Assembly: GCA_947486575.1 (NCBI GenBank)
Contig: CANKUB010000008.1
Span: 1,582-65,581, forward strand
From: Betaproteobacteria bacterium
GTDB taxonomy: Bacteria > Pseudomonadota > Gammaproteobacteria > Burkholderiales > SG8-41
Direction: 5' to 3'
Length of the DNA: 64,000 nucleotides
Shown piece after piece: positions 36,729-46,096 of the stretch (positions are counted from its first letter, which is position 1; the number at the start of each line of letters is the position of its first letter). The position numbers and the translations under genes are program-made. The notes under the pieces are model-generated. The model was not told the origin of the DNA and ran no database searches. It saw nothing but the letters and a program-made list of their open reading frames with translations.

Positions 36729-38176
36729 GCGCAATGAACGCAAAGAGCCATGTGCTGGTGGTGGACGACGAATCCGACATCCGCGAGTTGCTGGGCATGA
36801 CACTCGCGCGCATGGGGGTGGAATCACACGGGGCTGCCACGCGCGAAGAAGCGCTGGCGCTGCTGGCGGTGAATACGTATGACCTGTGTTTGACGGATAT
36901 GCGTTTGCCGGACGGTGATGGATTGACGGTGCTGGAATATGTGGCTAAACATCATCCGCAAACGCCGGTTGCCGTGATTACGGCGCATGGAAGTACGGAA
37001 AATGCGGTGGCGGCGCTGAAGGCAGGGGCGTTTGATTATCTGGCCAAACCCGTATCGCTGGAGCAGTTGCGCGCGCTGATACGCTCTGCGTTGAGTTTGC
37101 CCCCGGTGCCGCTCCACGGCCAGGTGCCAGTGGCGCATCAAGCCGGTCAGGGGAATGAATATCCAGTGGATACTGCGGACGGTGTGCTAATGCCTGATGG
37201 TTCGACGGGCCCGGTGCTGATGGGAAGTTCACCGTTGATGCAGCAGGCGCGGCGCATGATAGACAAGCTTGCGCGCAGTCAGGCGCCGGTGCATGTTACC
37301 GGCGAATCCGGTAGTGGGAAAGAACTGGCAGCACGACTGATTCACGATAAGGGCTCGCGGCAGGCAGCGCCGTTTGTGCCGGTGAATTGCGGCGCCATTC
37401 CTGAAAATCTGATGGAGTCGGAATTTTTTGGTTACAAGAAAGGGGCCTTTACCGGAGCGGCAGCCGATCGCGACGGGTTTTTTCAGGCAGCCAGTTCGGG
37501 CACGCTGTTTCTCGACGAAGTGGCTGACTTGCCGTTGCCAATGCAAGTTAAATTGTTGCGCGCCATTCAGGAAAAGAAAGTGCGCAAAGTGGGTTCAACC
37601 ACCGAAGAAAACGTGGATGTGCGCATCATCAGCGCCACGCATCGTAATCTGGCTGACGAAGTTAAAAACGGCACGTTCCGGCAGGATTTGTATTACCGTT
37701 TGAACGTGATCGAATTGCGCATGCCGAGCCTGCGCGAGATGCGCGAGGATATTCCGCCGCTGGCGGAAATGTTGTTGCTGCGACTGGCAGGCGGTGGCGA
37801 TAGTGCTGCGCCACGGCTGAGTGCAGACGCGGTGTTGGCGTTACAGAAATACGGCTTCCCCGGCAATGTACGCGAGCTGGAAAACGTGCTGGAGCGCGCG
37901 CTGACGCTGGCCAGCAGTGCTGAAATTACCGGCGATGACTTACAGTTGACCGGCGCCTATGCGCCAGGCGAAGACAATGCGGCTGACCTGGATACGTCCA
38001 GCCTGTCTTTGCCTGAGAAGCTTGAGAGCATGGAACGCAAAGCGATCATGGTCGCGCTCGAAAAAACGCGCTACAACCGGACAGCCGCAGCCAAGTTGCT
38101 GGGCGTGAGTTTTCGCGCGCTGCGCTACCGCATGGATCGTCTGGGCATCAAGGACGAACTCGATCAAAAACGTTGA
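36725..38176 (+). CDS. sigma-54-dependent Fis-family response regulator (PilR/NtrC-like)
   Basis: REC domain (VLVVDDE...DLCLTDMRLPDGDG), AAA+ domain (GESGSGKEL, GAFTGA, ESEFFGY motif) and a C-terminal Fis HTH. ATGA overlap with the kinase gene. Confidence 0.9.
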   Translation: MSAMNAKSHVLVVDDESDIRELLGMTLARMGVESHGAATREEALALLAVNTYDLCLTDMRLPDGDGLTVLEYVAKHHPQTPVAVITAHGSTENAVAALKAGAFDYLAKPVSLEQLRALIRSALSLPPVPLHGQVPVAHQAGQGNEYPVDTADGVLMPDGSTGPVLMGSSPLMQQARRMIDKLARSQAPVHVTGESGSGKELAARLIHDKGSRQAAPFVPVNCGAIPENLMESEFFGYKKGAFTGAAADRDGFFQAASSGTLFLDEVADLPLPMQVKLLRAIQEKKVRKVGSTTEENVDVRIISATHRNLADEVKNGTFRQDLYYRLNVIELRMPSLREMREDIPPLAEMLLLRLAGGGDSAAPRLSADAVLALQKYGFPGNVRELENVLERALTLASSAEITGDDLQLTGAYAPGEDNAADLDTSSLSLPEKLESMERKAIMVALEKTRYNRTAAAKLLGVSFRALRYRMDRLGIKDELDQKR

Positions 38177-38210
38177 TTCGTCACGTGGCTGGATACTTAG
38201 CACACGCACC

Positions 38211-38741
38211 ATGCGATTGACTGACGACGGGCTTATCTGCGGTGATGGCGTGCGCCATGTGGCGTCGCCCAATTGCGATACACGACCGGTTGATGCGCAG
38301 ATCGAGTTGATCGTCGTGCATAACATCAGTTTGCCGCCGGGTGAGTTTGGCGGGTCGGGCATTGTCGATTTGTTTCTCAATCGCTTGCAGCCGCACGGGC
38401 ATGCGTACTATGCCGGTATCGCGCATCTCAGGGTGTCAGCGCATTTTTTGATACGGCGCGATGGCGAGTTGATTCAGTTCGTGTCGTGCGCACAGCGCGC
38501 CTGGCATGCAGGCGTATCGAGCTGGCGGGGGCGCGAACGCTGCAACGATTTTTCGCTGGGTATCGAACTGGAAGGTACCGATGAAATTCCGTTCGAGGAT
38601 GCGCAATACACGCGCCTGCGCGCACTGATCGCCCTGTTGCGGACCCACTATCCCATTGCGGATGTCCAAGGCCATGCCGACGTAGCGCCGGGACGCAAAA
38701 CTGATCCGGGTCCGGCATTTGATTGGTTAAGAGTTAAATAG
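38211..38741 (+). CDS. ampD: 1,6-anhydro-N-acetylmuramyl-L-alanine amidase AmpD
   Basis: ...IVVHNISLPPGEFGG...SAHFLIRRDGELIQFV...AWHAG.S.W.GR..CNDFSLGIELEG...GHADVAPGRKTDPGP.FDW are canonical AmpD/amidase_2 motifs. Confidence 0.9.
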   Translation: MRLTDDGLICGDGVRHVASPNCDTRPVDAQIELIVVHNISLPPGEFGGSGIVDLFLNRLQPHGHAYYAGIAHLRVSAHFLIRRDGELIQFVSCAQRAWHAGVSSWRGRERCNDFSLGIELEGTDEIPFEDAQYTRLRALIALLRTHYPIADVQGHADVAPGRKTDPGPAFDWLRVK

Positions 38742-38764
38742 TCAATTAAAACAATTGGTTATAG
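38733..38764 (+). repeat. AT-rich boundary motif, copy 12 (extended form)
   Basis: GTTAAATAGTCAATTAAAACAATTGGTTATAG. It overlaps the ampD stop codon TAG. Confidence 0.85.
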
Positions 38765-38982
38765 TTGGATTTATCTTGAAGTCGATACTAATCCGCAGCA
38801 CAAATATCGCTGAGTGGGCGCTGATGCTTGATTTTCCTAAGATTTTTGCGGAAAACCTGATTACGCACCATTTTGGGGCGGAATTTTTGATGCCAGTTGC
38901 TCAAATATTATGCAATTAATCCGTTGCTTAGCGCTGCTTCTTACTGTTTTTCAAGAGCTTTTCAGAAAAGCGTAAAAACCAG

Positions 38983-39011
38983 TTGCGTTCTCCAAACCCC
39001 GACACTAGAAT
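38983..39011 (+). promoter_or_regulatory. candidate sigma70 promoter of nrdAB
   Basis: TTGCGT (38983-38988), 17 bp spacer, TAGAAT (39006-39011). This implies a leader of about 320 nt before the nrdA ATG. Confidence 0.5.
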
Positions 39012-39048
39012 TCGTTCCATATCTGGCGCTAACCACAATAGGTAGTGG
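39002..39048. promoter_or_regulatory. tandem NrdR-box-like operators
   Basis: ACACTAGAATTCGTTC (39002-39017, 10/16) and CCACAATAGGTAGTGG (39033-39048, 12/16) compared with the published NrdR-box consensus acaCwAtATaTwGtgt. Starts are 31 bp apart (typical spacing is about 3 helical turns). Box 1 overlaps the -10. Box 2 lies within the palindrome AACCAC-N8-GTGGTT. Confidence 0.5.
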
Positions 39049-39341
39049 TTAGGCGGTAAATTTTGAGCGGTCTACCGTGGCCGCGACCATGGTTGTGATC
39101 GTGTAGTTAGGGTTGATCACTGTTAGTCCAAAGGCGGATAGCAGTGTGCAAGGCGGTAGCAGCATGTAGCAGTAGTCTAGGGGCGGGCGATTCTTGCGGC
39201 GATGGGTCGTGAGGACTGAGACGCTGTGACAATCCGCAAGGGGCGGTTTGTTGCAGTAGAAATGATGCTCCACTGGCGCTGGTGGGCATCTGAAACGAAT
39301 GTGTAATTATTAAAAAACCTATAAATATCAAGAGGTCACCC

Positions 39342-42263
39342 ATGATTTCAATGAATCTGGAAAACCAAACCGCTCAGTCCGCTTCATCATCTTCGTCATC
39401 TGTGTCATCGGTAATATCCGTGACGTCAGCATTATCGGTGGCGGACGCGAGCGCGCGAGAGACGGCCTACGCGCAATATAAAGTGATCCGGCGCAATGGC
39501 GCGGTGGTGGGCTTCGAGCCGCCCAAAATCGCTATTGCCATGACCAAAGCGTTTATCGCCGTCAATGGCGGTCAGGGTGCCGCCTCCGCGCGCGTGCGCG
39601 AGCAGGTCGCGCAACTCACCGAGAACGTGGTCAACGCGCTGATGCGCCGTCAGCCCTCGGGCGGCACATTTCATATCGAAGATATACAAGATCAAGTGGA
39701 ACTCGCGCTGATGCGCGGTGGCGAGCATCACACGGCACGTTCCTATGTGCTGTATCGCGAAGCGCGCACCCAGGAGCGCGCCAGCCAGCGCGCGGCACAG
39801 CAGGCAGCGGTTGCCGCCTCATCGTCCGTTCAGCCCGGCATCAATGTCACTGAAAACGGTGTTTCGCGTCCGCTGGATGTAGCGCGAATTAGCGCGCTGG
39901 TCACGGGCGCGTGCGAGGGCTTGGGACGCGAAGTTAACGCGCATGCGGTAATGGAGGGCATGCAGCGCGATTTATATGACGGCGTGCCGATGGAAGAAGT
40001 GCGCCGCTCGCTGATACTCGCCGCACGCGCGCTGATCGAACAGGATCCGAGCTATACCTTTGTTACCGCGCGTCTGTTACTGCACACGCTACGCATGGAA
40101 ACGCTGGGCGTTGAGGCCACTCAGGCTGACATGAAAACGCTGTACGCCACCTATCTGCCGGAGTTCATCACAAAGGGCATTGCTGCCGAGTTGCTGGATG
40201 AGCGCTTGGGCGCCTACGATCTGAAAGCCCTCGGTGCAGCACTCGACGCCAGCCGCGATCTGAAATTTACCTATCTCGGTTTGCAGATTTTGTATGACCG
40301 TTATTTTCTGCACATCCAGGGCCAGCGCATTGAGTTGCCGCAAGTGTTCTACATGCGCGTGGCGATGGGCTTGGCGCTGAATGAACCGGAAGGCAATCGT
40401 GAGGCGCGCGCGATTGAGTTTTACAACGTGCTGTCGAGTTTTGATTTCATGAGCTCGACACCGACGCTGTTCAACTCCGGCACGCGGCGCTCGCAACTGG
40501 CCAGCTGCTATCTCACCACCGTTGCGGATGATCTCGACGGCATTTACGAGGCGATCAAAGAAAACGCCATGCTGCAAAAATACGCGGGCGGCATCGGCAA
40601 CGACTGGACGCCAGTGCGTGCGCTCGGCGCATACATCAAAGGCACCAACGGCAAATCGCAAGGCGTAGTGCCGTTCTTGAAAGTGGTGAACGACACGGCT
40701 GTTGCGGTGAACCAGGGTGGCAAGCGCAAAGGTGCGGTTTGTTCGTATCTCGAAACCTGGCACTTGGATATCGAAGAGTTCCTGGAGTTGCGCAAAAACA
40801 CCGGCGACGACCGCCGCCGCACGCACGACATGAACACCTCAAACTGGATTCCTGACCTGTTCATGAAGCGGGTGATGGAGGGCGGCGAATGGACGCTGTT
40901 TTCTCCATCAGATGTGCCTGATTTGCACGAGAAATTCGGCAAGGCGTTCGAAACAGCCTATGTTGAGTATGAGGGCAAGTGCGCGCGCGGTGAGATGAAG
41001 CTCTACAAAAAACTGCCCGCAGCGCAACTGTGGCGCAAGATGCTCACCATGCTGTTTGAGACCGGGCATCCGTGGATCACGTTTAAAGACCCCTGCAATC
41101 TGCGTTCGCCGCAGCAGCACGTCGGCGTGATTCACAGTTCCAACCTTTGCACAGAGATTACGCTCAACACCGGCCCCGATGAAATCGCCGTGTGTAATCT
41201 GGGCTCGGTCAATATGCCTGCGCACCTGGATTTGGCGAGCGGCAAACTCGACATGGAGAAATTAAAGCGCACCGTAGGCATCGCCATGCGCATGCTGGAT
41301 AACGTGATTGATCTTAATTTTTATTCGGTCAACAAAGCGCGTAACTCCAATTTCAAGCACCGTCCGGTGGGTTTGGGCATCATGGGCTTTCAGGATTGCC
41401 TGCAAATGCTGCGCATTCCGTATGGCTCCGAGGCAGCGGTGGCGTTTTCTGATCGTTCAATGGAGCAGGTTTGCTACACCGCGTATCGGGCGTCTACGGA
41501 TCTTGCGGAAGAGCGTGGGCCGTATTCCACCTTCAAGAATTCGCTGTGGGATCGCGGCATCCTGCCGCAGGACAGCTTGAAGCTTTTGTCGGATGAGCGC
41601 GGCGGTTACGTTGAATGCGATACCTCATCCACGCTGGATTGGACCGCGTTGCGTAAACGCATCCAGCAGGTGGGTATGCGTAACTCCAATTGCGTCGCGA
41701 TTGCGCCCACGGCCACTATCGCCAACATCACCGGTTTGTCGCAATGTATCGAGCCGACGTATCAGAATCTCTATGTGAAATCGAATCTGTCGGGCGAATT
41801 CACCGTGGTGAATGAGTTCCTGGTGCGTGACCTCAAAAAGCTGAATTTGTGGGACGAAGTGATGATTGCCGATCTGAAATATTTCGACGGTTCACTGGCG
41901 AAGATTGATCGCATTCCGCCCGATGTGCGCAGTCTGTATGCCACGGCGTTTGAAATTGAACCCAAGTGGCTGGTCGAGTGCGCCGCACGCCGTCAAAAGT
42001 GGGTCGATCAGTCGCAGTCGCTCAACATATACATGGCAGGCGCGTCCGGCAAAAAGCTCGATGAGACGTACAAGCTTGCGTGGTTGCGTGGTTTGAAAAC
42101 CACTTACTACCTGCGCACGCTGGGCGCCACGTCGGCGGAGAAATCCACCGGGCGTGCCGGACAGTTGAACGCGGTGAATTCGGATGGCGGTAGCACCGAA
42201 ACGCCGGCGACGGATGCGAAGTTTTGCTCCATTGACAATCCGGAATGCGAAGCATGTCAGTAA
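39342..42263 (+). CDS. nrdA: class Ia ribonucleoside-diphosphate reductase alpha subunit
   Basis: 973 aa. ATP-cone (YKVIRRNGAVVGFEPPKI), catalytic motifs (SSTPTLFNSGT, NLCTEI, PTATIANI) and a C-terminal Cys pair (CEAC). Confidence 0.95.
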   Translation: MISMNLENQTAQSASSSSSSVSSVISVTSALSVADASARETAYAQYKVIRRNGAVVGFEPPKIAIAMTKAFIAVNGGQGAASARVREQVAQLTENVVNALMRRQPSGGTFHIEDIQDQVELALMRGGEHHTARSYVLYREARTQERASQRAAQQAAVAASSSVQPGINVTENGVSRPLDVARISALVTGACEGLGREVNAHAVMEGMQRDLYDGVPMEEVRRSLILAARALIEQDPSYTFVTARLLLHTLRMETLGVEATQADMKTLYATYLPEFITKGIAAELLDERLGAYDLKALGAALDASRDLKFTYLGLQILYDRYFLHIQGQRIELPQVFYMRVAMGLALNEPEGNREARAIEFYNVLSSFDFMSSTPTLFNSGTRRSQLASCYLTTVADDLDGIYEAIKENAMLQKYAGGIGNDWTPVRALGAYIKGTNGKSQGVVPFLKVVNDTAVAVNQGGKRKGAVCSYLETWHLDIEEFLELRKNTGDDRRRTHDMNTSNWIPDLFMKRVMEGGEWTLFSPSDVPDLHEKFGKAFETAYVEYEGKCARGEMKLYKKLPAAQLWRKMLTMLFETGHPWITFKDPCNLRSPQQHVGVIHSSNLCTEITLNTGPDEIAVCNLGSVNMPAHLDLASGKLDMEKLKRTVGIAMRMLDNVIDLNFYSVNKARNSNFKHRPVGLGIMGFQDCLQMLRIPYGSEAAVAFSDRSMEQVCYTAYRASTDLAEERGPYSTFKNSLWDRGILPQDSLKLLSDERGGYVECDTSSTLDWTALRKRIQQVGMRNSNCVAIAPTATIANITGLSQCIEPTYQNLYVKSNLSGEFTVVNEFLVRDLKKLNLWDEVMIADLKYFDGSLAKIDRIPPDVRSLYATAFEIEPKWLVECAARRQKWVDQSQSLNIYMAGASGKKLDETYKLAWLRGLKTTYYLRTLGATSAEKSTGRAGQLNAVNSDGGSTETPATDAKFCSIDNPECEACQ

Positions 42264-42266
42264 TTA

Positions 42267-42290
42267 TTTAATAAAAACAATAAGTTAATG
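42267..42290 (+). repeat. AT-rich boundary motif, copy 13
   Basis: TTTAATAAAAACAATAAGTTAATG, 4 nt after the nrdA stop. Confidence 0.85.
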
Positions 42291-42399
42291 CAGGGTTTTT
42301 GCTGTAACGGCGCGTGTCAGGCGACACCTATACACGATATAAAGTTGCCCGGACGTGCTGGAAAGTATCCACCCAAAACGCCAATAAAGGAGACTAAAG

Positions 42400-43611
42400 A
42401 TGTTGCAATTTGAAGATGCCATTCCGCAAGGGCCCGCGCTGGGCCTGCAGTCGGCAATACCCGCAATGCCGGATAGCGCAGCACTACGCGCGCGATCGCT
42501 GATGGAAACGCAGCCAATGCCAAGGCCCACGGTAGCGCCGTCGCCATCGTTATTATCATCGCAGGCGCCGCAGCTCACAGACACCGCGAAAATGCGTCGT
42601 GTCAATATCGCGGACAAACGCATCATCAACGGCCAGACCGATGTCAATCAACTGGTGCCGTTCAAATACAAATGGGCGTGGGATAAATATCTTTCGGCCT
42701 GCGCAAACCACTGGATGCCGCAGGAAATCCAGATGAGCCGTGATATCGAGTTATGGAAAAACCCGAACGGGTTGACTGATGACGAGCGCCGTCTGGTGAT
42801 GCGCAATCTGGGCTTTTTCGTCACCGCTGATTCACTGGCGGCCAATAATATTGTGCTCGGCACCTATCGCCACATTACGGCACCGGAATGCCGCCAGTAT
42901 CTGCTGCGGCAGGCATTTGAAGAGGCCATCCACACACACGCCTACCAGTACATCGTCGAGAGCCTGGGGCTGAATGAAGGCGAAGTATTCAACGCCTATC
43001 ACGAGATCGCATCGATCCGTGCCAAGGATGAGTTTCTGATTCCGTTTATCGATACGCTGACCAACCCGATGTTTAAAACCGGTACGCCGGAATCGGACCA
43101 AGCGTTGCTGAAAAGCCTGATCGTGTTCGCGTGCCTGATGGAGGGGCTGTTTTTCTACGTCGGCTTCACGCAGATACTTGCGTTGGGCCGGCAAAATAAA
43201 ATGACTGGCGCTGCGGAACAGTATCAATATATTCTGCGTGACGAATCCATGCACTGCAATTTCGGCATCGACGTCATCAATACCATCAAAATGGAAAACC
43301 CGCATCTGTGGACCACTGAATTCCGCGACGAACTCCGCGAGTTGTTCAAGCAGGGCGTGGAACTCGAATACCGCTATGCCGAAGACACCATGCCGCGCGG
43401 CGTGCTGGGCCTGAATGCGGCGATGTTCAAGGAATATCTGCGCTTTATTGCCAATCGGCGTGCGCAGCAAATTGGTCTTGACCCCATGTTTGAGGGCGCT
43501 ACCAATCCGTTCCCGTGGATGGCGGAAATGATCGATCTGAAAAAAGAGAAAAACTTTTTTGAAACTCGCGTTACCGAATATCAAACGGGTGGAGCGTTAA
43601 GCTGGGATTAA
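42400..43611 (+). CDS. nrdB: ribonucleoside-diphosphate reductase beta subunit (with N-terminal extension)
   Basis: Di-iron/tyrosyl radical motifs ([30 protein letters not shown]). An AGGAG RBS precedes the ATG at 42400. Confidence 0.93.
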   Translation: MLQFEDAIPQGPALGLQSAIPAMPDSAALRARSLMETQPMPRPTVAPSPSLLSSQAPQLTDTAKMRRVNIADKRIINGQTDVNQLVPFKYKWAWDKYLSACANHWMPQEIQMSRDIELWKNPNGLTDDERRLVMRNLGFFVTADSLAANNIVLGTYRHITAPECRQYLLRQAFEEAIHTHAYQYIVESLGLNEGEVFNAYHEIASIRAKDEFLIPFIDTLTNPMFKTGTPESDQALLKSLIVFACLMEGLFFYVGFTQILALGRQNKMTGAAEQYQYILRDESMHCNFGIDVINTIKMENPHLWTTEFRDELRELFKQGVELEYRYAEDTMPRGVLGLNAAMFKEYLRFIANRRAQQIGLDPMFEGATNPFPWMAEMIDLKKEKNFFETRVTEYQTGGALSWD

Positions 43612-43673
43612 TTCTGCTCGCGACCGCTCAACGGTCGCAATTCTCGCCACGATTGCAACGGCGGCAATGTGCT

Positions 43674-43712
43674 CCGCACCCTGTGCGGCGGGGCCGTGCC
43701 GCCAGTTTTTTT
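43674..43712 (+). terminator. candidate rho-independent terminator after nrdB
   Basis: CCGCACCCTGTGCGG and GGCGG-ggccgtg-CCGCC stems, followed by AGTTTTTTTGTGTTTTTT. The stems are short. Confidence 0.45.
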
Positions 43713-43791
43713 GTGTTTTTTGCGCCTATAGCGTTCATTGCGGGTTTTGTCAGCCGACAACTGCCCGGTAACCTGGCGGAGGAAATATCCC

Positions 43792-44112
43792 GTGGCCATT
43801 AGCCTGAAAAACCGACGTTATTTTTCGCGTAGCCGTCGCACCGCCCAGCGTACCGTAACCGAGTTACGCGCCGAGCGCGATTACATGCTGTGGCTTAAAT
43901 TCGATGATGGCGTTGAAGGCTGTGTTTATTTGGGCGACTTAATGGCGACAGAGGCCTACGGCGCGCGCGTTAATGAAAATGATTTTTTCAAGGTGGTGGT
44001 CGATCCCCTATCGCAAGCTGTGATGTGGGAAGGCGGCGTGCATCTGGACGCGGATTTGCTCTACCGCAATCTTGCCAGTCAAACCAGCCACGGTAGCGCG
44101 CCAGTGCATTAG
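43792..44112 (+). CDS. DUF2442-like small protein
   Basis: ...ERDYMLWLKFDDGVEGCVYLGDL...WEGGVHLDADLLY resembles DUF2442. Start chosen at GTG 43792, preceded by GGAGG. The ORF track begins at TTG 43738. Confidence 0.55.
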   Translation: MAISLKNRRYFSRSRRTAQRTVTELRAERDYMLWLKFDDGVEGCVYLGDLMATEAYGARVNENDFFKVVVDPLSQAVMWEGGVHLDADLLYRNLASQTSHGSAPVH

Positions 44113-44166
44113 ACGTAATTTTGTCCCGTGAATGACGTAATCCGAACTCACCTGACGGAGCATCGC

Positions 44167-44514
44167 ATGGCAAAAGCAGCGAAAAAATCAGGTAAAACGA
44201 CAGGCAAAAAAGCGAACAATACCGCGAGCAAGAAAAAATCCGCCAAGAAAAAGCCGGTAGCGAAAGCAGCCAAAAAATCGCCCAGCCGAAAATCCTCGAC
44301 GAAAAAAAAGCCGGCTAAGAAGCCGGCTGGAAGAAAAGCAGCAAAGAAAAAAACAGCTAAATCTGCATCAAATCCTGCATCCCAAAGGCGCCCGGCGAAA
44401 ACTCCTGTAACAAAGTCAGCAATAGCCCCCGTTACAACAGTTATGACGCCTGCAGCGCCCAGACCAGTCGCCGTGCCCAGCGCATGGCCATTTCCTATGG
44501 CCAGTAAACCGTAG
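44167..44514 (+). CDS. histone H1-like Lys/Ala/Pro-rich nucleoid-associated protein
   Basis: MAKAAKKSGKTTGKKANNTASKKKSAKKKPVAKAAKKSPSRKSSTKKKPAKKPAGRKAAKKKTAK... has AKKA/KKP repeats, as in bacterial H1/AlgP/BpH-type proteins. The antisense ORF 44148-44639 is a low-complexity shadow. Confidence 0.7.
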   Translation: MAKAAKKSGKTTGKKANNTASKKKSAKKKPVAKAAKKSPSRKSSTKKKPAKKPAGRKAAKKKTAKSASNPASQRRPAKTPVTKSAIAPVTTVMTPAAPRPVAVPSAWPFPMASKP

Positions 44515-44623
44515 CTACCGCTACGTTCAATTGTCAGGCGACTTTCCCGGAGGAAGGCCGCCGCCAAATCGCGCGTCGCGGGTGCGTGACCAGCGGTCAG
44601 CAGGGAGCCAAAGATACCCAATC

Positions 44624-44653
44624 TGCCCGGCACGGGCAAGGTACATATTTTTT
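44624..44653 (+). terminator. weak candidate terminator after the H1-like gene
   Basis: TGCCCG-gca-CGGGCA stem. The T-run (TTTTTT) starts about 9 nt downstream, so this is atypical. Confidence 0.3.
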
Positions 44654-44687
44654 ATCGTCAGTATGCATTTGTAGAATTTAAATTTTA

Positions 44688-44711
44688 TATAATAAAAACA
44701 TATACTTATAT
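44688..44711 (+). repeat. AT-rich boundary motif, copy 14
   Basis: TATAATAAAAACATATACTTATAT in the AT-rich intergenic region upstream of phnD. A weaker second copy, GTTAAAAACTTCTGTATG, follows at 44720-44737. Confidence 0.7.
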
Positions 44712-44965
44712 AATTTTAAGTTAAAAACTTCTGTATGATAGTGTGCACACACTAATAATTTGGCAAGCCAAACATAGACGCTGCGGCAATACGCTTGACC
44801 ACTTTATATGCGCTGAGTAGAGTAGCCTTCGTCCTCGCACCATCACCGGCATTCACGCGAATATGGATTTTAAAAATCGCAAGTAACTCGCATTAACATG
44901 CGTTTACCCAAATTTGCGTTCTGTGCACTACTCACATTTCGTACCAACGTTCAAGAGGTAATTCG

Positions 44966-46042
44966 ATGCAATTCCCAGTCACACGCTTTCTCCCGTCGCG
45001 GCTCATCCGGCCCGCGCAATTGATCGCGTACGCGGTTCTTACCGTGACGTTCGCGCTGCTAGCGCAGGGTGCTTATGCGCAAGCCGATTGCAAGAATCGT
45101 GGCGATCTCGACGCGCTGTATTGCGACGAGAACAAAGACCTAGTGGCTGATGCACCTGCAGACGCCAAGCGCTTCAAAAATCCGTCGACCCTGGTGTTTA
45201 CCTACACGCCCGTGGAAGATCCGGCCGTCTACGAAAATATCTTCAAGCCCTTTACCGATTACCTCGGCCAATGCACAGGCAAGCGCGTGGTGTTTTATCA
45301 GGTGCAATCCAACGCGGCTGAAATCGAAGCCATGCGTTCGGGGCGCCTGCATGTCGGTGGCTTTTCCACCGGCCCCACCAACTACGCGGTGAATATCGCC
45401 GGTGCGGTGCCGTTCGCGGTAAAAGGCGGCGAAAAGGAATTGCAGGGCTACAACCTCATCATGATCGTGAAGAAAAGCAGCCCCTATCAGAAAATGGCGG
45501 AACTCAAAGGTAAAAAAGTCGCGCACGTACAGCCTTCATCCAACTCCGGCAATCTGGCGCCGCGCGCGCTCTTTCCCGCGCTGGGCTTGACCCCCGATCA
45601 GGATTACAAAGTGCTCTACTCAGGCAAGCACGACAATTCCATCACCGGCGTCGCCACCGGCGATTACGATGCCGCGCCCGTGGCCTCCGATGTATTCAAG
45701 CGTATGGCCGCACGCGGGCAAATCAAGGAAGACGACTTCCGTATTATATGGCGCAGCGAAACCTTCCCCACATCGTCATTTGCCTACGCACATGATCTTG
45801 AGCCGAAGTTGCGTGACACGATGACGAAATGTTTTTACGACTATCGCTTTCCGGCAGAGATGAAAAAAGCGTTTGACGGCGCCGATCGTTTCTTCCCGAT
45901 TACCTATCAAAAAGATTGGGCCATCGTGCGCAAAGTCGCCGAAGGCAGCGGCGAAAAATTCAACAGCGCGGCGTTTGAAAACCTGAAAAAGAAAGAAGCC
46001 GAAGCGCTGGCCGCCAAAGCACAGCAGGCGCAGAAAAAATAA
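44966..46042 (+). CDS. phnD: phosphate/phosphite/phosphonate ABC transporter substrate-binding protein
   Basis: Signal peptide, then ...LVFTYTPVEDPAVYENIFKPFTDYLGQCTGKRVVFYQVQSNAAEIEAMRSGRLHVGGFSTG... is the PhnD-family pattern. It is followed by phnC and phnE genes. Confidence 0.85.
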   Translation: MQFPVTRFLPSRLIRPAQLIAYAVLTVTFALLAQGAYAQADCKNRGDLDALYCDENKDLVADAPADAKRFKNPSTLVFTYTPVEDPAVYENIFKPFTDYLGQCTGKRVVFYQVQSNAAEIEAMRSGRLHVGGFSTGPTNYAVNIAGAVPFAVKGGEKELQGYNLIMIVKKSSPYQKMAELKGKKVAHVQPSSNSGNLAPRALFPALGLTPDQDYKVLYSGKHDNSITGVATGDYDAAPVASDVFKRMAARGQIKEDDFRIIWRSETFPTSSFAYAHDLEPKLRDTMTKCFYDYRFPAEMKKAFDGADRFFPITYQKDWAIVRKVAEGSGEKFNSAAFENLKKKEAEALAAKAQQAQKK

Positions 46043-46065
46043 TTCAATAAAAACAATGTGTTATG
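46043..46065 (+). repeat. AT-rich boundary motif, copy 15
   Basis: TTCAATAAAAACAATGTGTTATG, starting 1 nt after the phnD stop, inside the phn operon. Confidence 0.85.
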
Positions 46066-46096
46066 AAATTGTTCGCCATGCGTAAAGCCTGAGCTG

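Noticed and set aside
39050-39341. Possible cobalamin riboswitch in the long nrdA leader.
   Set aside because: No B12-box-like sequence (rAGYCMGgAgaCCkGCc) or other riboswitch core was recognisable by eye. Class Ia nrdAB is not normally B12-regulated. Left as an uncharacterised leader.
44148-44639. 163 aa minus-strand ORF antisense to the H1-like gene.
   Set aside because: Its Phe/Ala/Leu-rich repeats are the mirror image of the Lys/Ala codon repeats. The + strand ORF has an RBS and a recognisable protein class.
44900-44950. Possible Pho box (CTGTGCACTACTCACAT) upstream of the phnD-like gene.
   Set aside because: It is a poor match to CTGTCAT-N4-CTGTCAT in both half-sites and in spacing. 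Not reported as a feature.
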